Shown: piece by piece, positions 8,850 through 18,645 of the stretch
How positions within the stretch are numbered: the stretch's first letter is position 1
Layout of the letters: the number at the start of each line of letters is the position of its first letter
Assembly: GCA_049599475.1 (NCBI GenBank)
Contig: JBMYOQ010000066.1
Span: forward strand, 1 to 23,373
Direction: 5' to 3'
Length of the DNA: 23,373 nt
From: Opitutales bacterium
GTDB lineage: Bacteria; Verrucomicrobiota; Verrucomicrobiia; Opitutales; JABSRG01
Notes under the pieces: model-generated
Databases searched by the model: none
Seen by the model: only the letters and a program-made list of their open reading frames with translations
What the model was told of the DNA's origin: nothing
Translations under genes and position numbers: made by a program

Positions 8850-11531
8850 ATGGGCGAGGAATCTCATCATACTCAGCTGTTTACATACTTGCACGATTGC
8901 TACAAGGAAGACTCCTACAATCCTTCTGCGATAGATATCTTTAAGCTGGATTCGGAGGACCGACGGTTGCTGACCGGTGTAGACCATGCGGCAAAAGGGT
9001 TTCCTGAACCCTTGGGCTTGGATAGCGCATTTGCAGAGCGCGTGCGCAAGGCTTTCGCGGAGGCGGACAATGGACTCGAGTTTGTCTATGGGTTTTTATT
9101 TGTTGTGGGTAAGTTTACTGTTCCCGAGGGTAAGACTGTTTCGGTGGCAGCCCCGTTGTTTATGCGGTCTATCACTGAGGATGAGCATGGAGATTTTTAC
9201 CCAAGCGCTGAATTTTCGCTGAATCGAAGTCTGCTCTCGATGCTTTTGCCGGATGGCGAAGAGTCTGCGCTAGCGTTGGAGGAATTCGAATCCATCGTTG
9301 AAGCTAGGGCGGGAAGCCGATTTGAGCGGGTCCCTCTGAGCGGATGGTTAGGGCGATATCTTGAGTTTGTAGATCAAACGGAGCTGGTGAATTTTCCGGA
9401 GTGTATTGAGTCTTTTGATGCGAAGAAAAGGGCCGGTGGTCTGAGTTTGAAATCGTCGTCTGCCGTTTACCTGCAAAAAGATCCTGAATCGAGGCGGGGC
9501 ATCTTGTCGACTCTCCGGAAGCTTTCACGTGGAGAATTGAAGTATTCAGAACCCTTAAAGGCATTTTTAGGAAAATCGTCTCAGTCCCTGAAGTCGATGA
9601 ATGGAAATGACACCTTCTATTTTCGGACACTGAGCGATGCCCAGCTATCTGCTATTAGGAATGCTAAGCGGAATCCGCTAAGTATCGTATATGGGCCACC
9701 TGGTACCGGAAAATCATATACAGCGGCCTCCTTGGCTATTGATCATCTTGCGACGGGAAAATCTGTATTGATTGTCTCTAAGCGAGTGGAGGCGGGAAAT
9801 GTTATTGCTCATAAAATACAGGAAATACTGGGGCAAGACCCTGGGATTATGTACGTCGGCCGGCAGGCAGCATTGGATGCATCTGTAAGCCGCATCGACC
9901 ATATGCTTTTCTCAGAGCCTGCGGACCGAGTGGAGCAGTTGATCACTGCGCGGGCCCAATTCTCAAAAGAGCATCAATTTTTAAATAGGCTTAAAAGAGC
10001 CTTCGGACGTATCGGAAAATTGGAAACGAAAATCGGAGAGCTGGAAGCCGAAGGCTCTATTAAGGGCAAAGTGGCCACACCTTTTTTGAAGGGGACCCTT
10101 TCCTTATTCCCGAAATTGTCATCTGTCTATCAGCGAATGGAAGAGCAGCAGGGTCTGCGAGGCGACAGTCTGAAAGCGCTAATTAACGAATTGGTATCGG
10201 TGAATCAGGCTGATGCGGTCAAAAATTGGGAGTCTTCCCTTCAGTCTTATCGTAAATATATACGCGCTCGAAAACCGCATACCCGCGAGAAATATCGAGA
10301 AGATTGTGACTTTCGAGGCGTGCTCAAAGTATTCCCAATATGGGTCGCCACGTTCAACGATCTCTTTCGCTTTTTCCCCAATCAAAGTGAGCTCTTCGAT
10401 TTAGTGATCATTGACGAGGCGTCACAGTGCGACCTCGCCTCGGCTGTTCCCGCATTGTTGCGGGCTAAAAGGGCAGTGATTTCAGGGGATCCGAATCAGT
10501 TGAGGCATTTTTCATTTCTGTCCTACCGTTTACAGGAGTCTCTGGCAAAGGGAGTCGATACGGAGCAATGGAATTATCGGAACCGGAGTGTTCTCGATCG
10601 AGTGATGGATTTGGACGGCGGGCCAGATACGCGGGTTTTCCTAGATGAGTATTATCGGTCGCCCGAGGCCTTGATATCTTTCAGCAATCGGCGATTTTAT
10701 TCCAACCGTCTTAAGTGTATCCAGAGTTTTCCTGGAACGGCTTCGGGAGAATGCTTTGAGATTGTTGAGGTCGCGGATGCCATCTGGAAAGATGGACGAA
10801 ATGCAAGAGAGGCTTCGGAAATATCTACAGTCCTGGAAGGCATTTTGCAGGGAGACCAGAGTGTTGGAATCATTGCGCCGTTCCAAAAGCAGGTAGATGC
10901 AATCGTTAAGCATTTGGAGTCTGTGAATATACGGGCTGATAAGCTTAAATTGATCGGCACTCCCTATGGGTTCCAGGGAAATGAAGTAGATGTCTTGATC
11001 GTCTCACTGGCCGTAACAGATACAAGCCATCCGAATCTTTGGAGAATTCTGGATCAGCCTAATCTGTTTAATGTCATGATGACGCGGGCAAGGAAGCGAA
11101 TAGTTATATTCAGATCGTTTTCTGAGCATGTTCCTCGGGAGCGCGCGCTCATTAGAGGCTATATCGATCAGATGAAGGCAAGCATCGCCAAGTCCGGCGA
11201 GCCTTGTATCCTACGAGAATCCAAGGCAGTAGGAGGCGACGCTGATCGTCTGCTTGAGGGATTGCGGAAGCGAGGCTACTGCTGCACGGTTGGAGTCGAG
11301 TGGCTTGGCGCCATCATTGATGTAATCGTAGATACGTCTGCGGGGCCGTATGTAATCGATTTGGTTGGGGGTTCGAATAGGTATTTCAAAGTGTTCAGCA
11401 GAGAGCTGTATGAGATTTTATCGCGTGCTGGTATTATTGTAATACCCATATCGATTATCGAGTTTAGAGCGAATTCTGAAGCTGTATTGAAAAATTTGAT
11501 CCAAGGCTTACCGGAACCATTACCGCGTTAG
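8850..11531 (+). CDS. Superfamily-1 helicase (DNA2/NAM7/Upf1-like, AAA_11/AAA_12) with C-terminal restriction-endonuclease-like domain; start uncertain (ATG 8850, ATG 8823 or GTG 8754)
   Basis: Walker A GPPGTGKS, Walker B IIDEASQ, motif III SGDPNQL, LDEYYRS, IIAPFQKQV, GFQGNEVD, motif VI NVMMTRAR; coiled-coil-like insert; C-terminal LRKRGY...IIDVIV...IDLVG...ILSRAG segment. Confidence 0.85.
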   Translation: MGEESHHTQLFTYLHDCYKEDSYNPSAIDIFKLDSEDRRLLTGVDHAAKGFPEPLGLDSAFAERVRKAFAEADNGLEFVYGFLFVVGKFTVPEGKTVSVAAPLFMRSITEDEHGDFYPSAEFSLNRSLLSMLLPDGEESALALEEFESIVEARAGSRFERVPLSGWLGRYLEFVDQTELVNFPECIESFDAKKRAGGLSLKSSSAVYLQKDPESRRGILSTLRKLSRGELKYSEPLKAFLGKSSQSLKSMNGNDTFYFRTLSDAQLSAIRNAKRNPLSIVYGPPGTGKSYTAASLAIDHLATGKSVLIVSKRVEAGNVIAHKIQEILGQDPGIMYVGRQAALDASVSRIDHMLFSEPADRVEQLITARAQFSKEHQFLNRLKRAFGRIGKLETKIGELEAEGSIKGKVATPFLKGTLSLFPKLSSVYQRMEEQQGLRGDSLKALINELVSVNQADAVKNWESSLQSYRKYIRARKPHTREKYREDCDFRGVLKVFPIWVATFNDLFRFFPNQSELFDLVIIDEASQCDLASAVPALLRAKRAVISGDPNQLRHFSFLSYRLQESLAKGVDTEQWNYRNRSVLDRVMDLDGGPDTRVFLDEYYRSPEALISFSNRRFYSNRLKCIQSFPGTASGECFEIVEVADAIWKDGRNAREASEISTVLEGILQGDQSVGIIAPFQKQVDAIVKHLESVNIRADKLKLIGTPYGFQGNEVDVLIVSLAVTDTSHPNLWRILDQPNLFNVMMTRARKRIVIFRSFSEHVPRERALIRGYIDQMKASIAKSGEPCILRESKAVGGDADRLLEGLRKRGYCCTVGVEWLGAIIDVIVDTSAGPYVIDLVGGSNRYFKVFSRELYEILSRAGIIVIPISIIEFRANSEAVLKNLIQGLPEPLPR

Positions 11532-11547
11532 CGAATGTTTCAAAGCT

Positions 11548-14500
11548 CTAGTTCTGCGTGCTGATTTGGAGCCGGAGGAAGAGGGCGTCTAGGGTGTCGT
11601 CTAGGCGGATCGTTTGTTGTTCTATGGGGGTGCCGAAGGTGGTGGTGTATTCGGCAGTGAAGTTGCTGTTTGCGCTCCAGGTCTCGAGGTCGGGAGAGGT
11701 TTGGACTTCGTAGAGGATGTTGGAGTCGTCGGTTCGTATGTTGAAGTTGAGCGCGAAGGGGTCGCTAGAATCGGGCGTAGTGAGAGGGGCTATGGATGCA
11801 TTTGCCACGGTGGGGTCCCAGCCGAAGGCGTATTCCTCGAGGTTGGTGATGCTGTCACCGTCGAAATCTTCATGAAGCCCGCCGATATTGATGCCCCAGG
11901 ATTCTAGCCAGTAATCGGTGAATGTATTGAAATCGTCGGCGCGCGTCCCGACGAAGAATGCGTCGTTTTGGCTTTGCTCCAGTTTGTTGCCATCGCCCGC
12001 CGCTGCATAGAGGTCTGGGTTGTAGAACTCCCAGTCTGCAGGTAGATCTCCGATTGTTTCTGAGGTGTGGCTGCTGTCGTGATTGTCCCAGGCTTCTTGT
12101 GTATTTAGGATAGGGATACGTGCCTCGACAGACCGCATGTAGCTCATGAGGTCTTCGTACAACTCGTCGCCACGAGTCGGGTTTTGCGCATAGATGTTTT
12201 CGTACTCACCTGGGTCGGAGGACAGATCAAAGAGCATTTGGGGTGGAGATTCTGGGTGGAGCAATGGCGCTTCGTAAAAATACATTAGTTTGTCATTCCC
12301 TTGTATTACGCATGAGTGAGGCAATGAGCTGCGATAGTGTGGGTAATGGAAATAGAGGGATCGATTTATGAAGGAGTCTGGCTGCTCCTCGCCTTTCATG
12401 AGGCTTTTAAGGCTGATGCCGTCGATATCTATCAGACGACCTGGGTCGCCTCCCGCCCAATCCAAAAATGTCGGGAGCAGATCATAGATCGCAACATTCG
12501 CGGTAGATAGGGAGCCGGGGGAAATGCCTGGCCCTGTCGCGAACATGGGGACGCGGATGCCGCCTTGCCAGACCCACCATTTTCGCATGTGAAGGGGCTG
12601 CTGGTATTCAGGGCGTATGTCTTGGAAGAAGCCGTGATTGAAGCCATTGTCAGACATTACCACTACATAGGTGTTGTCGCGGATGCCGAGTTCGTCCAGT
12701 TTGTTGTAAACGCTAGCAATATGGCCATCGAGCTCGTAGAAATTAGCGAGCCATGATGCGGGGTCGCGCCGATAGCCGATCGTATCTTTATCTATGCCTT
12801 CACGATTGTAGTAGTCATATGTTTCCTCAAGGTAGTCTTGGAACATTCTCCAGGTGTCCTCGAAACACTCTTGGCCGTTGTGGACGGCGTAGTGGGAAAG
12901 CTGAACATAAAATGGATTTCCAGAATTGTGCTGCGCTTCCATGAAGTCCATTGCGCCGGTGGTGATGTGATTCATGAGCTTTGGGTCCACGATCACTGAG
13001 AGATCCCTGTCGCCGTTTTCGTCTCTGGTTACGGTTTGGCCAGGGCTGTTTGAGGTATTCCCGTCATGAAGCAGGTAGCCTTCCTCGCCCGGGTCGCCTC
13101 CGGCGTGCCATTTGCCGAGGTGAGCACTGCGATAGCCCAAAGGTTCCAGGGCTTCCGGTATGGTCGTGAATTGGGGCCGCAGACTTCCTGTGGAAACGTT
13201 CGCGAGAACCGGGTAGCCATGGCTGTCGAATCTGAAATATCCATCTGAAGGACCGCCGACTACGGTGAATCGGTTGCGCGCACCGGTAGTGCCTGTCTGA
13301 AGTGAGGCACGGGCGGGCCCGCATTGTGGAGAAGAGAATGCATTGCGGAAGATCATACCCTCGCTTGCCATCCGATTCAGGGTGGGCATCGATACGATCT
13401 CGGGGACCCCCGAGTTTAGCATGCGATCGTCCATGAGGACGGGAGATCCGTTCCAAGCCCAATCGTCTACAAGGATCATGACAATGTTTGGCGGTGCGTT
13501 CCATGTGTATAGTAGCTCCTCGCGAATTTCGGTGAAGAGCTCGGAATCAAGGGCACTGTCGTAGATGCGGACCTCGCCAACAATGCCGCTAAGAAATTGG
13601 CTGGCCTCATCAATGCTTCCCAGGGTCACACGGTTGCTTGTCGAAAAATCGCGTTTTGCTATGCTGGCACTGACGACCTCATAGTTTTTGGATTCCCAGA
13701 GTTCGAGGGTTTCAGAAACTGCGTCGTATCGTAGTGCGATCACGATGCTATCTCCCGCCTCAATGTTACGGTATGTCGGAGACTCGATACTGGTATCAGC
13801 GACCCGAGCTCGGATCGATCCCTGATCAGTCAGGCTGATCTGCAGGCCGTTGGAACCGTCGGTGGAGTTGCCCAGAATATCATTCAATACTCCTGGGACT
13901 ATCTGATCGCTTTTGATTGTGAGGAAAATGGAGAAACCATCAGTGCCGCCCGATTGGTTCAACCAGGCATCTGAATTGGAAGGCCTGAATAGGCGCAGGC
14001 TATTTGCGGAGCTCCCGAAATCGACTCCAGCTTTGCCCGAAGGGAAGGTGAAGGCACTGTCCGAGTAGTAGAATACGCTTCCTGAGCCCGTGTAGTCTGC
14101 CGCGTTATTGCCGGAAAGACTTGAGTCCGGCCACTGTGCGACGAGGCCATCAGGGGCTTCATCGGCATTGAGCTCTTGTATGGGACTGGGTTGTTGGGGT
14201 GTGGCATCGACTTCTGCGCTCAAAGCACTGGTTTCGCCGTTGGTGCTGAGGGCACTTACCGCGTAGTAGTAAGTGACTCCATTTTCGGGGGTGTCGTCGA
14301 TGTAGTCGCTGGTGAGGGATGTGCCTATAGCGTCGTCACTGGATGCCGGTGACGATGTTGATCGATAAATGGTATACGACTCGGCCGCGTTGTTTGAATC
14401 ATCATTCCAGTCGAGACTGACTGTGGAGACTCCCGCTATGGCACTCAAATTTTGGGGTGTTTCGGCCGCTCCTAAGAAGGCGATCTCGAGGGTCATCGTA

Positions 14501-15096
14501 TCGAGCCGACCCTGGCCAGCGAGGGCGAATTGGTCCCCGTCTGAAATGGTTATATTGCCGTCCCAGAACTCTCCGGTGTTGATACGTTCCCCGGCACCAG
14601 GATTGCCGGGCGTACCGACGAGCCTCCAGAGCTGCGCGCTGCTGTTGTCTAAACTAAGGGCGCGGATGCTAAGCTCTTCATTGGGGTCCAGGTTCAAACT
14701 GCTGAGATCAAAGGTCCATAGAATCGCTTCGCCGCCCTCTACCCGGCCGACACCACCGTCGCTGATACCGAGGCCGCTACTGTTTCCATTTACCGGATGA
14801 AGAGTGCCACCGGTCCAGGTGTCCCCATCCCAGTCAGATGATACGTCATTCCTGCCTTCGATGATAATGGAAAACGCGCCGTCTCCAGAATCTCCATCGC
14901 GAAATGAACCCGTGAGTCCGGGAATATCCCCTGAGCCATCAGTTGTCGATGCCGAGGGACTATTCAGGTTCGAAATTTGGGTGGTGTATTTCGAATTGTT
15001 TGGCTGGATATTCCCGCTCGGGGAAAAATCGATAACAAGCTCTGCGTTCAAGGTGTGTACGACGAAGCAGGCGCACGTGAGGGTAATGCGATTCAT
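11548..15096 (-). CDS. Secreted modular S1 (formylglycine-dependent) sulfatase with FN3 and LamG-like domains and a C-terminal putative surface-sorting module (ATG 15096; ORF-track TTG at 15105)
   Basis: Signal peptide MNRITLTCACFVVHTLNA; FN3 (PQNLSA...LDWND...YTIYRS...TYYYAVSA); LamG-like (FLSGIVGEVRIYDSAL); sulfatase PNIVMILVDD, CGPAR (CxPxR, Cys codon 13321-13323), LGKWH, MSDNG, GGIRVP, LFDLSSDPGE; tail DFDGD..NLEEYAFG.DP...YEVQTSPDLETW...FLRL. Confidence 0.88.
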   Translation of the reverse strand: MNRITLTCACFVVHTLNAELVIDFSPSGNIQPNNSKYTTQISNLNSPSASTTDGSGDIPGLTGSFRDGDSGDGAFSIIIEGRNDVSSDWDGDTWTGGTLHPVNGNSSGLGISDGGVGRVEGGEAILWTFDLSSLNLDPNEELSIRALSLDNSSAQLWRLVGTPGNPGAGERINTGEFWDGNITISDGDQFALAGQGRLDTMTLEIAFLGAAETPQNLSAIAGVSTVSLDWNDDSNNAAESYTIYRSTSSPASSDDAIGTSLTSDYIDDTPENGVTYYYAVSALSTNGETSALSAEVDATPQQPSPIQELNADEAPDGLVAQWPDSSLSGNNAADYTGSGSVFYYSDSAFTFPSGKAGVDFGSSANSLRLFRPSNSDAWLNQSGGTDGFSIFLTIKSDQIVPGVLNDILGNSTDGSNGLQISLTDQGSIRARVADTSIESPTYRNIEAGDSIVIALRYDAVSETLELWESKNYEVVSASIAKRDFSTSNRVTLGSIDEASQFLSGIVGEVRIYDSALDSELFTEIREELLYTWNAPPNIVMILVDDWAWNGSPVLMDDRMLNSGVPEIVSMPTLNRMASEGMIFRNAFSSPQCGPARASLQTGTTGARNRFTVVGGPSDGYFRFDSHGYPVLANVSTGSLRPQFTTIPEALEPLGYRSAHLGKWHAGGDPGEEGYLLHDGNTSNSPGQTVTRDENGDRDLSVIVDPKLMNHITTGAMDFMEAQHNSGNPFYVQLSHYAVHNGQECFEDTWRMFQDYLEETYDYYNREGIDKDTIGYRRDPASWLANFYELDGHIASVYNKLDELGIRDNTYVVVMSDNGFNHGFFQDIRPEYQQPLHMRKWWVWQGGIRVPMFATGPGISPGSLSTANVAIYDLLPTFLDWAGGDPGRLIDIDGISLKSLMKGEEQPDSFINRSLYFHYPHYRSSLPHSCVIQGNDKLMYFYEAPLLHPESPPQMLFDLSSDPGEYENIYAQNPTRGDELYEDLMSYMRSVEARIPILNTQEAWDNHDSSHTSETIGDLPADWEFYNPDLYAAAGDGNKLEQSQNDAFFVGTRADDFNTFTDYWLESWGINIGGLHEDFDGDSITNLEEYAFGWDPTVANASIAPLTTPDSSDPFALNFNIRTDDSNILYEVQTSPDLETWSANSNFTAEYTTTFGTPIEQQTIRLDDTLDALFLRLQISTQN

Positions 15097-15227
15097 GGGG
15101 GACAACGGGGAGGGTGGTGAATAGGGTCCGAGTAAACACCTAGCAAAAATACGGCTTTTGTAAAACGTATATTCGTTGTCCTGGTCGCTTATTTTATAGA
15201 TTTATACCTAGGCGACAGTTGGTATTT

Positions 15228-16094
15228 CTAGCGCGCCAAAAACGCCTTTAAAATGCGATCAGCGGAGTAACCAAGTAAGAAATAAATGACTCCAGTGATG
15301 ATCCATATCTCGAAAATGCGGCTATTGGAGTTGGCGATATCTTGGGCGGCGAAGGTCAGATCGTGGACCGAAATGAGAGAGAGGATGGCGGTATTTTTGA
15401 GGATAGACACAACACTATTCCCCATGGGGAGTCGGATGATTTTGAGCAATTGGGGAATCAATACAAAGCGCAGCGTTTGGATGCTATTCATGCCCAGGGA
15501 GCGCCCCGCTTGCTCTTGGCCCGGAGGAATGCCTTTTAAGCCACCCCGTACGATTTCTGTAATGAAAGCTCCCTCGATAATCGAGAGGGCAATGATTCCA
15601 GAAAGCATGTATTCAAAGGCATCGGGTGAGGCGAAAATGAGCTTCCGCAGGCTTCCCTCGTCGAGCCATTCGGTGAATGTGTTGAGGGGCAGGAGTGGAA
15701 TCAGTTGGCCTGTGAGGAAGAAGTGAAGGATGAAAATGGATACAAGGGGTGGTAGGTTGCGCAAAGTGGCTACGTAGGCGGTGCTCAGGACCCGCAGACT
15801 CGTTGAATTGGAAGCATGTGAGAGGCCGCCGATGAAGCCGAGGATGCTTGCCAGTAGGACAACGCAAAGGGTAATTTTAAGCGTGTTTAATATCGTTGAG
15901 GCGTAGAATGAAAGGCCTCCGAAAGATTCATTGGGATCACTGATCCACTCCCAGGCCTTGGCCCAGTCCCAATCGTAATTAAATGAAGTAAACGCATGTA
16001 GTAGAAACCAGGATACAGCTCCAACAATAACAAGCAGGACCGCGCAGTCTAAGATGCGAAACCGAGGTGTCACGGTATCGGGTGCGTGGCTCAT
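15228..16094 (-). CDS. Polar amino-acid ABC transporter permease (ATG at 16094 chosen to avoid overlap with the binding-protein gene)
   Basis: YDWDW, NTLKIT, YVATLRNLPPLV, EGAFITEIVRGG, GQEQAGRSLGM (EAA loop), ILKNTAILS; multiple TM helices. Confidence 0.9.
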   Translation of the reverse strand: MSHAPDTVTPRFRILDCAVLLVIVGAVSWFLLHAFTSFNYDWDWAKAWEWISDPNESFGGLSFYASTILNTLKITLCVVLLASILGFIGGLSHASNSTSLRVLSTAYVATLRNLPPLVSIFILHFFLTGQLIPLLPLNTFTEWLDEGSLRKLIFASPDAFEYMLSGIIALSIIEGAFITEIVRGGLKGIPPGQEQAGRSLGMNSIQTLRFVLIPQLLKIIRLPMGNSVVSILKNTAILSLISVHDLTFAAQDIANSNSRIFEIWIITGVIYFLLGYSADRILKAFLAR

Positions 16095-16131
16095 TCTGGA
16101 CAGGAGGGATTGGGTGAATTGGGCGGTTGCG

Positions 16132-16911
16132 CTATTCTTTCCAGTCGAGGGTGCGGAACCAGTAGTCGCGCCGCTCTTTGAGCCAGCCGTCTGCTTTGCG
16201 AGCCTCAATCCACGTGTTGAAAATTTCGATACTCTCGCTGTCTCCTTTGGAAAATGCCATTCCCTCATTTCCTTCAAATAGCATATTATCGAAGGGGAGG
16301 AATAGGGTGTCAGCGTGCTCCACGCTTTGGTGCTCTGGTTTGGGGCTGGAGGCCAAGGCTGCATGGGCGCGTCCATTGAGGACCTCTTGGAAGGCCTGGC
16401 TGTCGTCGTCGAACTGGCGTAGGCGGGCCTTGGGCATCAATTCCTTGGCAGCTTTGGCCGCGGTGGTTCCGCGTCGGGCGCTTAAGGTGACGCGGCGACT
16501 GTTGAAGTCTTCGATCGTTTTGAGGTCCTTAGCTTTCTCTTTGTGAGCTGCGAGTTGAACGCCGCCTTGCGCATAGGGAATGGAAAAATCTACGGTCTTC
16601 TGGCGCGCTTCGGTAATTGTCATGCCGCCGATAATCACATCGAACTTTCCTGCAATGAGTGCTGGGATAATGCCGTCCCAGGCTGTGGGTATGAATTGTA
16701 TTTCCAGGTCGTGATCGGCGGCGAATCGGGTAGCTAGGTCTATTTCAAAACCGATAAGATCGCCTGCCTTGTCGCGCATCGCCCAGGGCACAAAAGTCGA
16801 CATGCCAACGCGGATTGTGCCGCGCTCTGTTATTTTTTCCCAAAGCTCTTGAGCATGGATGGGGAGCGCGCAGAGAGCGATTGTGGCGAGAACTAAGAAT
16901 TGTTTAATCAT
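16132..16911 (-). CDS. Polar amino-acid ABC transporter substrate-binding protein (SBP_bac_3)
   Basis: Signal peptide; RGTIRVGMSTFVPW, LIGFEIDLA, TAWDGIIPALIAGKFDVIIGGMTITEAR..VDFS.PY. Confidence 0.93.
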   Translation of the reverse strand: MIKQFLVLATIALCALPIHAQELWEKITERGTIRVGMSTFVPWAMRDKAGDLIGFEIDLATRFAADHDLEIQFIPTAWDGIIPALIAGKFDVIIGGMTITEARQKTVDFSIPYAQGGVQLAAHKEKAKDLKTIEDFNSRRVTLSARRGTTAAKAAKELMPKARLRQFDDDSQAFQEVLNGRAHAALASSPKPEHQSVEHADTLFLPFDNMLFEGNEGMAFSKGDSESIEIFNTWIEARKADGWLKERRDYWFRTLDWKE

Positions 16912-16972
16912 GACTTTGGATTTTTAGAAAGGAATGGCGAATGATATTCCTCAGATTCAAGAATTGGGCAAA

Positions 16973-17728
16973 TTAGGTCTTTAGACGTTTCTCCAAGAAA
17001 ATAGCGGTTGTAGAAAGGGGAACAGTGATGAGCAGATAGAGGGCCCCGACGGTGAGCCAAATTTCAAAGCTCATAAATGTATCGGCAATGATATCTTTGC
17101 CCTCGGTGACCAGTTCGAAAATTGCGATGGCTGAGAGGAGGGCGGAGTTCTTAATCAAATTGACAGCCTCATTGGTAATGGCCGGAAGGACGATCCGGAC
17201 GGCTTGCGGCAAGAGGACGCGAATGAAAACGATTAGAGGTGGAAGTCCCAAGCTCTCGGCAGCCTCTTTTTGTCCTTTAGGGATACTGTCGAGGCCGCTT
17301 CGATAAATCGGTGCGAGATAGGCCGCATGAAAGGCAGATAGTGAGAGGACTGCTACCCAGAAGCGGTCGATGTCTAAAATAGGCCCGAGGATGAAGTAGG
17401 TGATGTAAAGCTGAACCAGTAGCGGCGTATTCCGCACGCAGGTGAAAAAGGTTTCGGCGGGGATGCGGACACTCCAGGTGTGGTGGGTGCGGGCGAAGGC
17501 CAAGATGAGTCCGCATAGGAGGGCGGCAATCAGACTTAGGCCGCTGATTTTAAGCGTTTCTATGATGCCGTAAAGAAGCGGTCCCATGAACCATTCACCT
17601 TCATCTTGTTCGGCGATGTATTGGGGGACTTCATTCCATTGCCAAGTGTAGTCCAAGCGGGACGCTCCCAGCACTATGAGCGCGAGCAGGGTCCCTAAAA
17701 TAATGATGCTTGGCGCGAACCTCCTCAT
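16973..17728 (-). CDS. Polar amino-acid ABC transporter permease (likely start ATG 17728; ORF track 17779)
   Basis: YTWQW, GPLLYG..ETLKIS, RNTPLLVQLY, GQKEAAESLGL (EAA loop), LPQAVR, NLIKNSAL. Confidence 0.9.
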   Translation of the reverse strand: MRRFAPSIIILGTLLALIVLGASRLDYTWQWNEVPQYIAEQDEGEWFMGPLLYGIIETLKISGLSLIAALLCGLILAFARTHHTWSVRIPAETFFTCVRNTPLLVQLYITYFILGPILDIDRFWVAVLSLSAFHAAYLAPIYRSGLDSIPKGQKEAAESLGLPPLIVFIRVLLPQAVRIVLPAITNEAVNLIKNSALLSAIAIFELVTEGKDIIADTFMSFEIWLTVGALYLLITVPLSTTAIFLEKRLKT

Positions 17729-17859
17729 TGGCTCATGCATTCCGTTGAAAGTTCTGAATAGGCGGCGATGACCCCGCATGAGCGCTGTGTCTCATAACTC
17801 GCTAAGGCTTCATGTCTATTCACGTCCATGGATGGCAAATTTTTTAAGTCTTCGAGCGC

Positions 17860-18618
17860 CTAATGTCTGAGGATGCGGCTGAGGAAATCCTGGGCGCGCG
17901 CGGATTCGGGTTGTTCGAAAAAGGCGGTCGGGTTGCGATCTTCGATGATTTCCCCCTTGTCCATGAAGATGACACGGTCGGCAACTTCTCGGGCGAAGCC
18001 CATCTCGTGGGTCACGCTGATCATCGTCATCGACTCTTGCGCTAGGGAGCTCATTACATCGAGCACTTCGGCGATCATCTCGGGGTCGAGGGCCGAAGTG
18101 GGCTCGTCGAACAACATCACCTTGGGCTTCATGCACAGGCTCCGTGCGATGGCGGCGCGCTGTTGTTGTCCACCCGAAAGTTCTCTGGGGTATTTGTGGG
18201 CTTGGTCGGCGATCTTCACCCGGTCCAGGAGTTCCATGGCCTGGGCCTGCGCTTCGGCTTTGGAGAGTTTTCTCACCTGGGTGGGAGCCAAGGTAAGGTT
18301 TTGCAAAATAGTCAGATGGGGAAACAGGTTAAACTGCTGGAAGACCATTCCAATCTCGCGCCGCGTGTGCGAAATGTTTTTGGGATTTGGCCAGATTTGC
18401 TCACCGTTGGCATAGATGGACCCTTTTTGAGGCGCCTCGAGGAGATTCATGCAGCGGATTAAGGTGGATTTCCCTGAGCCTGATGGCCCACACACCACAA
18501 CGCGCTGACCATCGGGGATAGACAGCGAAATATCTTTGAGGGCATGGAAGTCCCCGAACCACTTATCTACGTGTTCAAGCTGGATTGCAGGGGCTGCAGA
18601 TCTTGGTGACTCCTCCAT
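17860..18618 (-). CDS. Polar amino-acid ABC transporter ATP-binding protein (GlnQ-like; likely start ATG 18618)
   Basis: Walker [21 protein letters not shown], signature LSGGQQQR, Walker [15 protein letters not shown]-loop VTHEMGFA. Confidence 0.95.
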   Translation of the reverse strand: MEESPRSAAPAIQLEHVDKWFGDFHALKDISLSIPDGQRVVVCGPSGSGKSTLIRCMNLLEAPQKGSIYANGEQIWPNPKNISHTRREIGMVFQQFNLFPHLTILQNLTLAPTQVRKLSKAEAQAQAMELLDRVKIADQAHKYPRELSGGQQQRAAIARSLCMKPKVMLFDEPTSALDPEMIAEVLDVMSSLAQESMTMISVTHEMGFAREVADRVIFMDKGEIIEDRNPTAFFEQPESARAQDFLSRILRH

Positions 18619-18645
18619 GAGATACAACAAAGCTGGGCGATTGCC

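Noticed and set aside
7997..11531. Sirtuin next to a helicase as a Sir2-helicase anti-phage pair (Sir2-HerA-like)
   Set aside because: The sirtuin has all the hallmarks of housekeeping class III CobB, and the genes are divergent rather than co-transcribed.
16095..16376. N-terminal extension of the permease overlapping the SBP gene, suggesting a fusion or frameshift
   Set aside because: The SBP ends normally at 16132 and the permease has its own ATG at 16094; the extension is just an open alternative frame.
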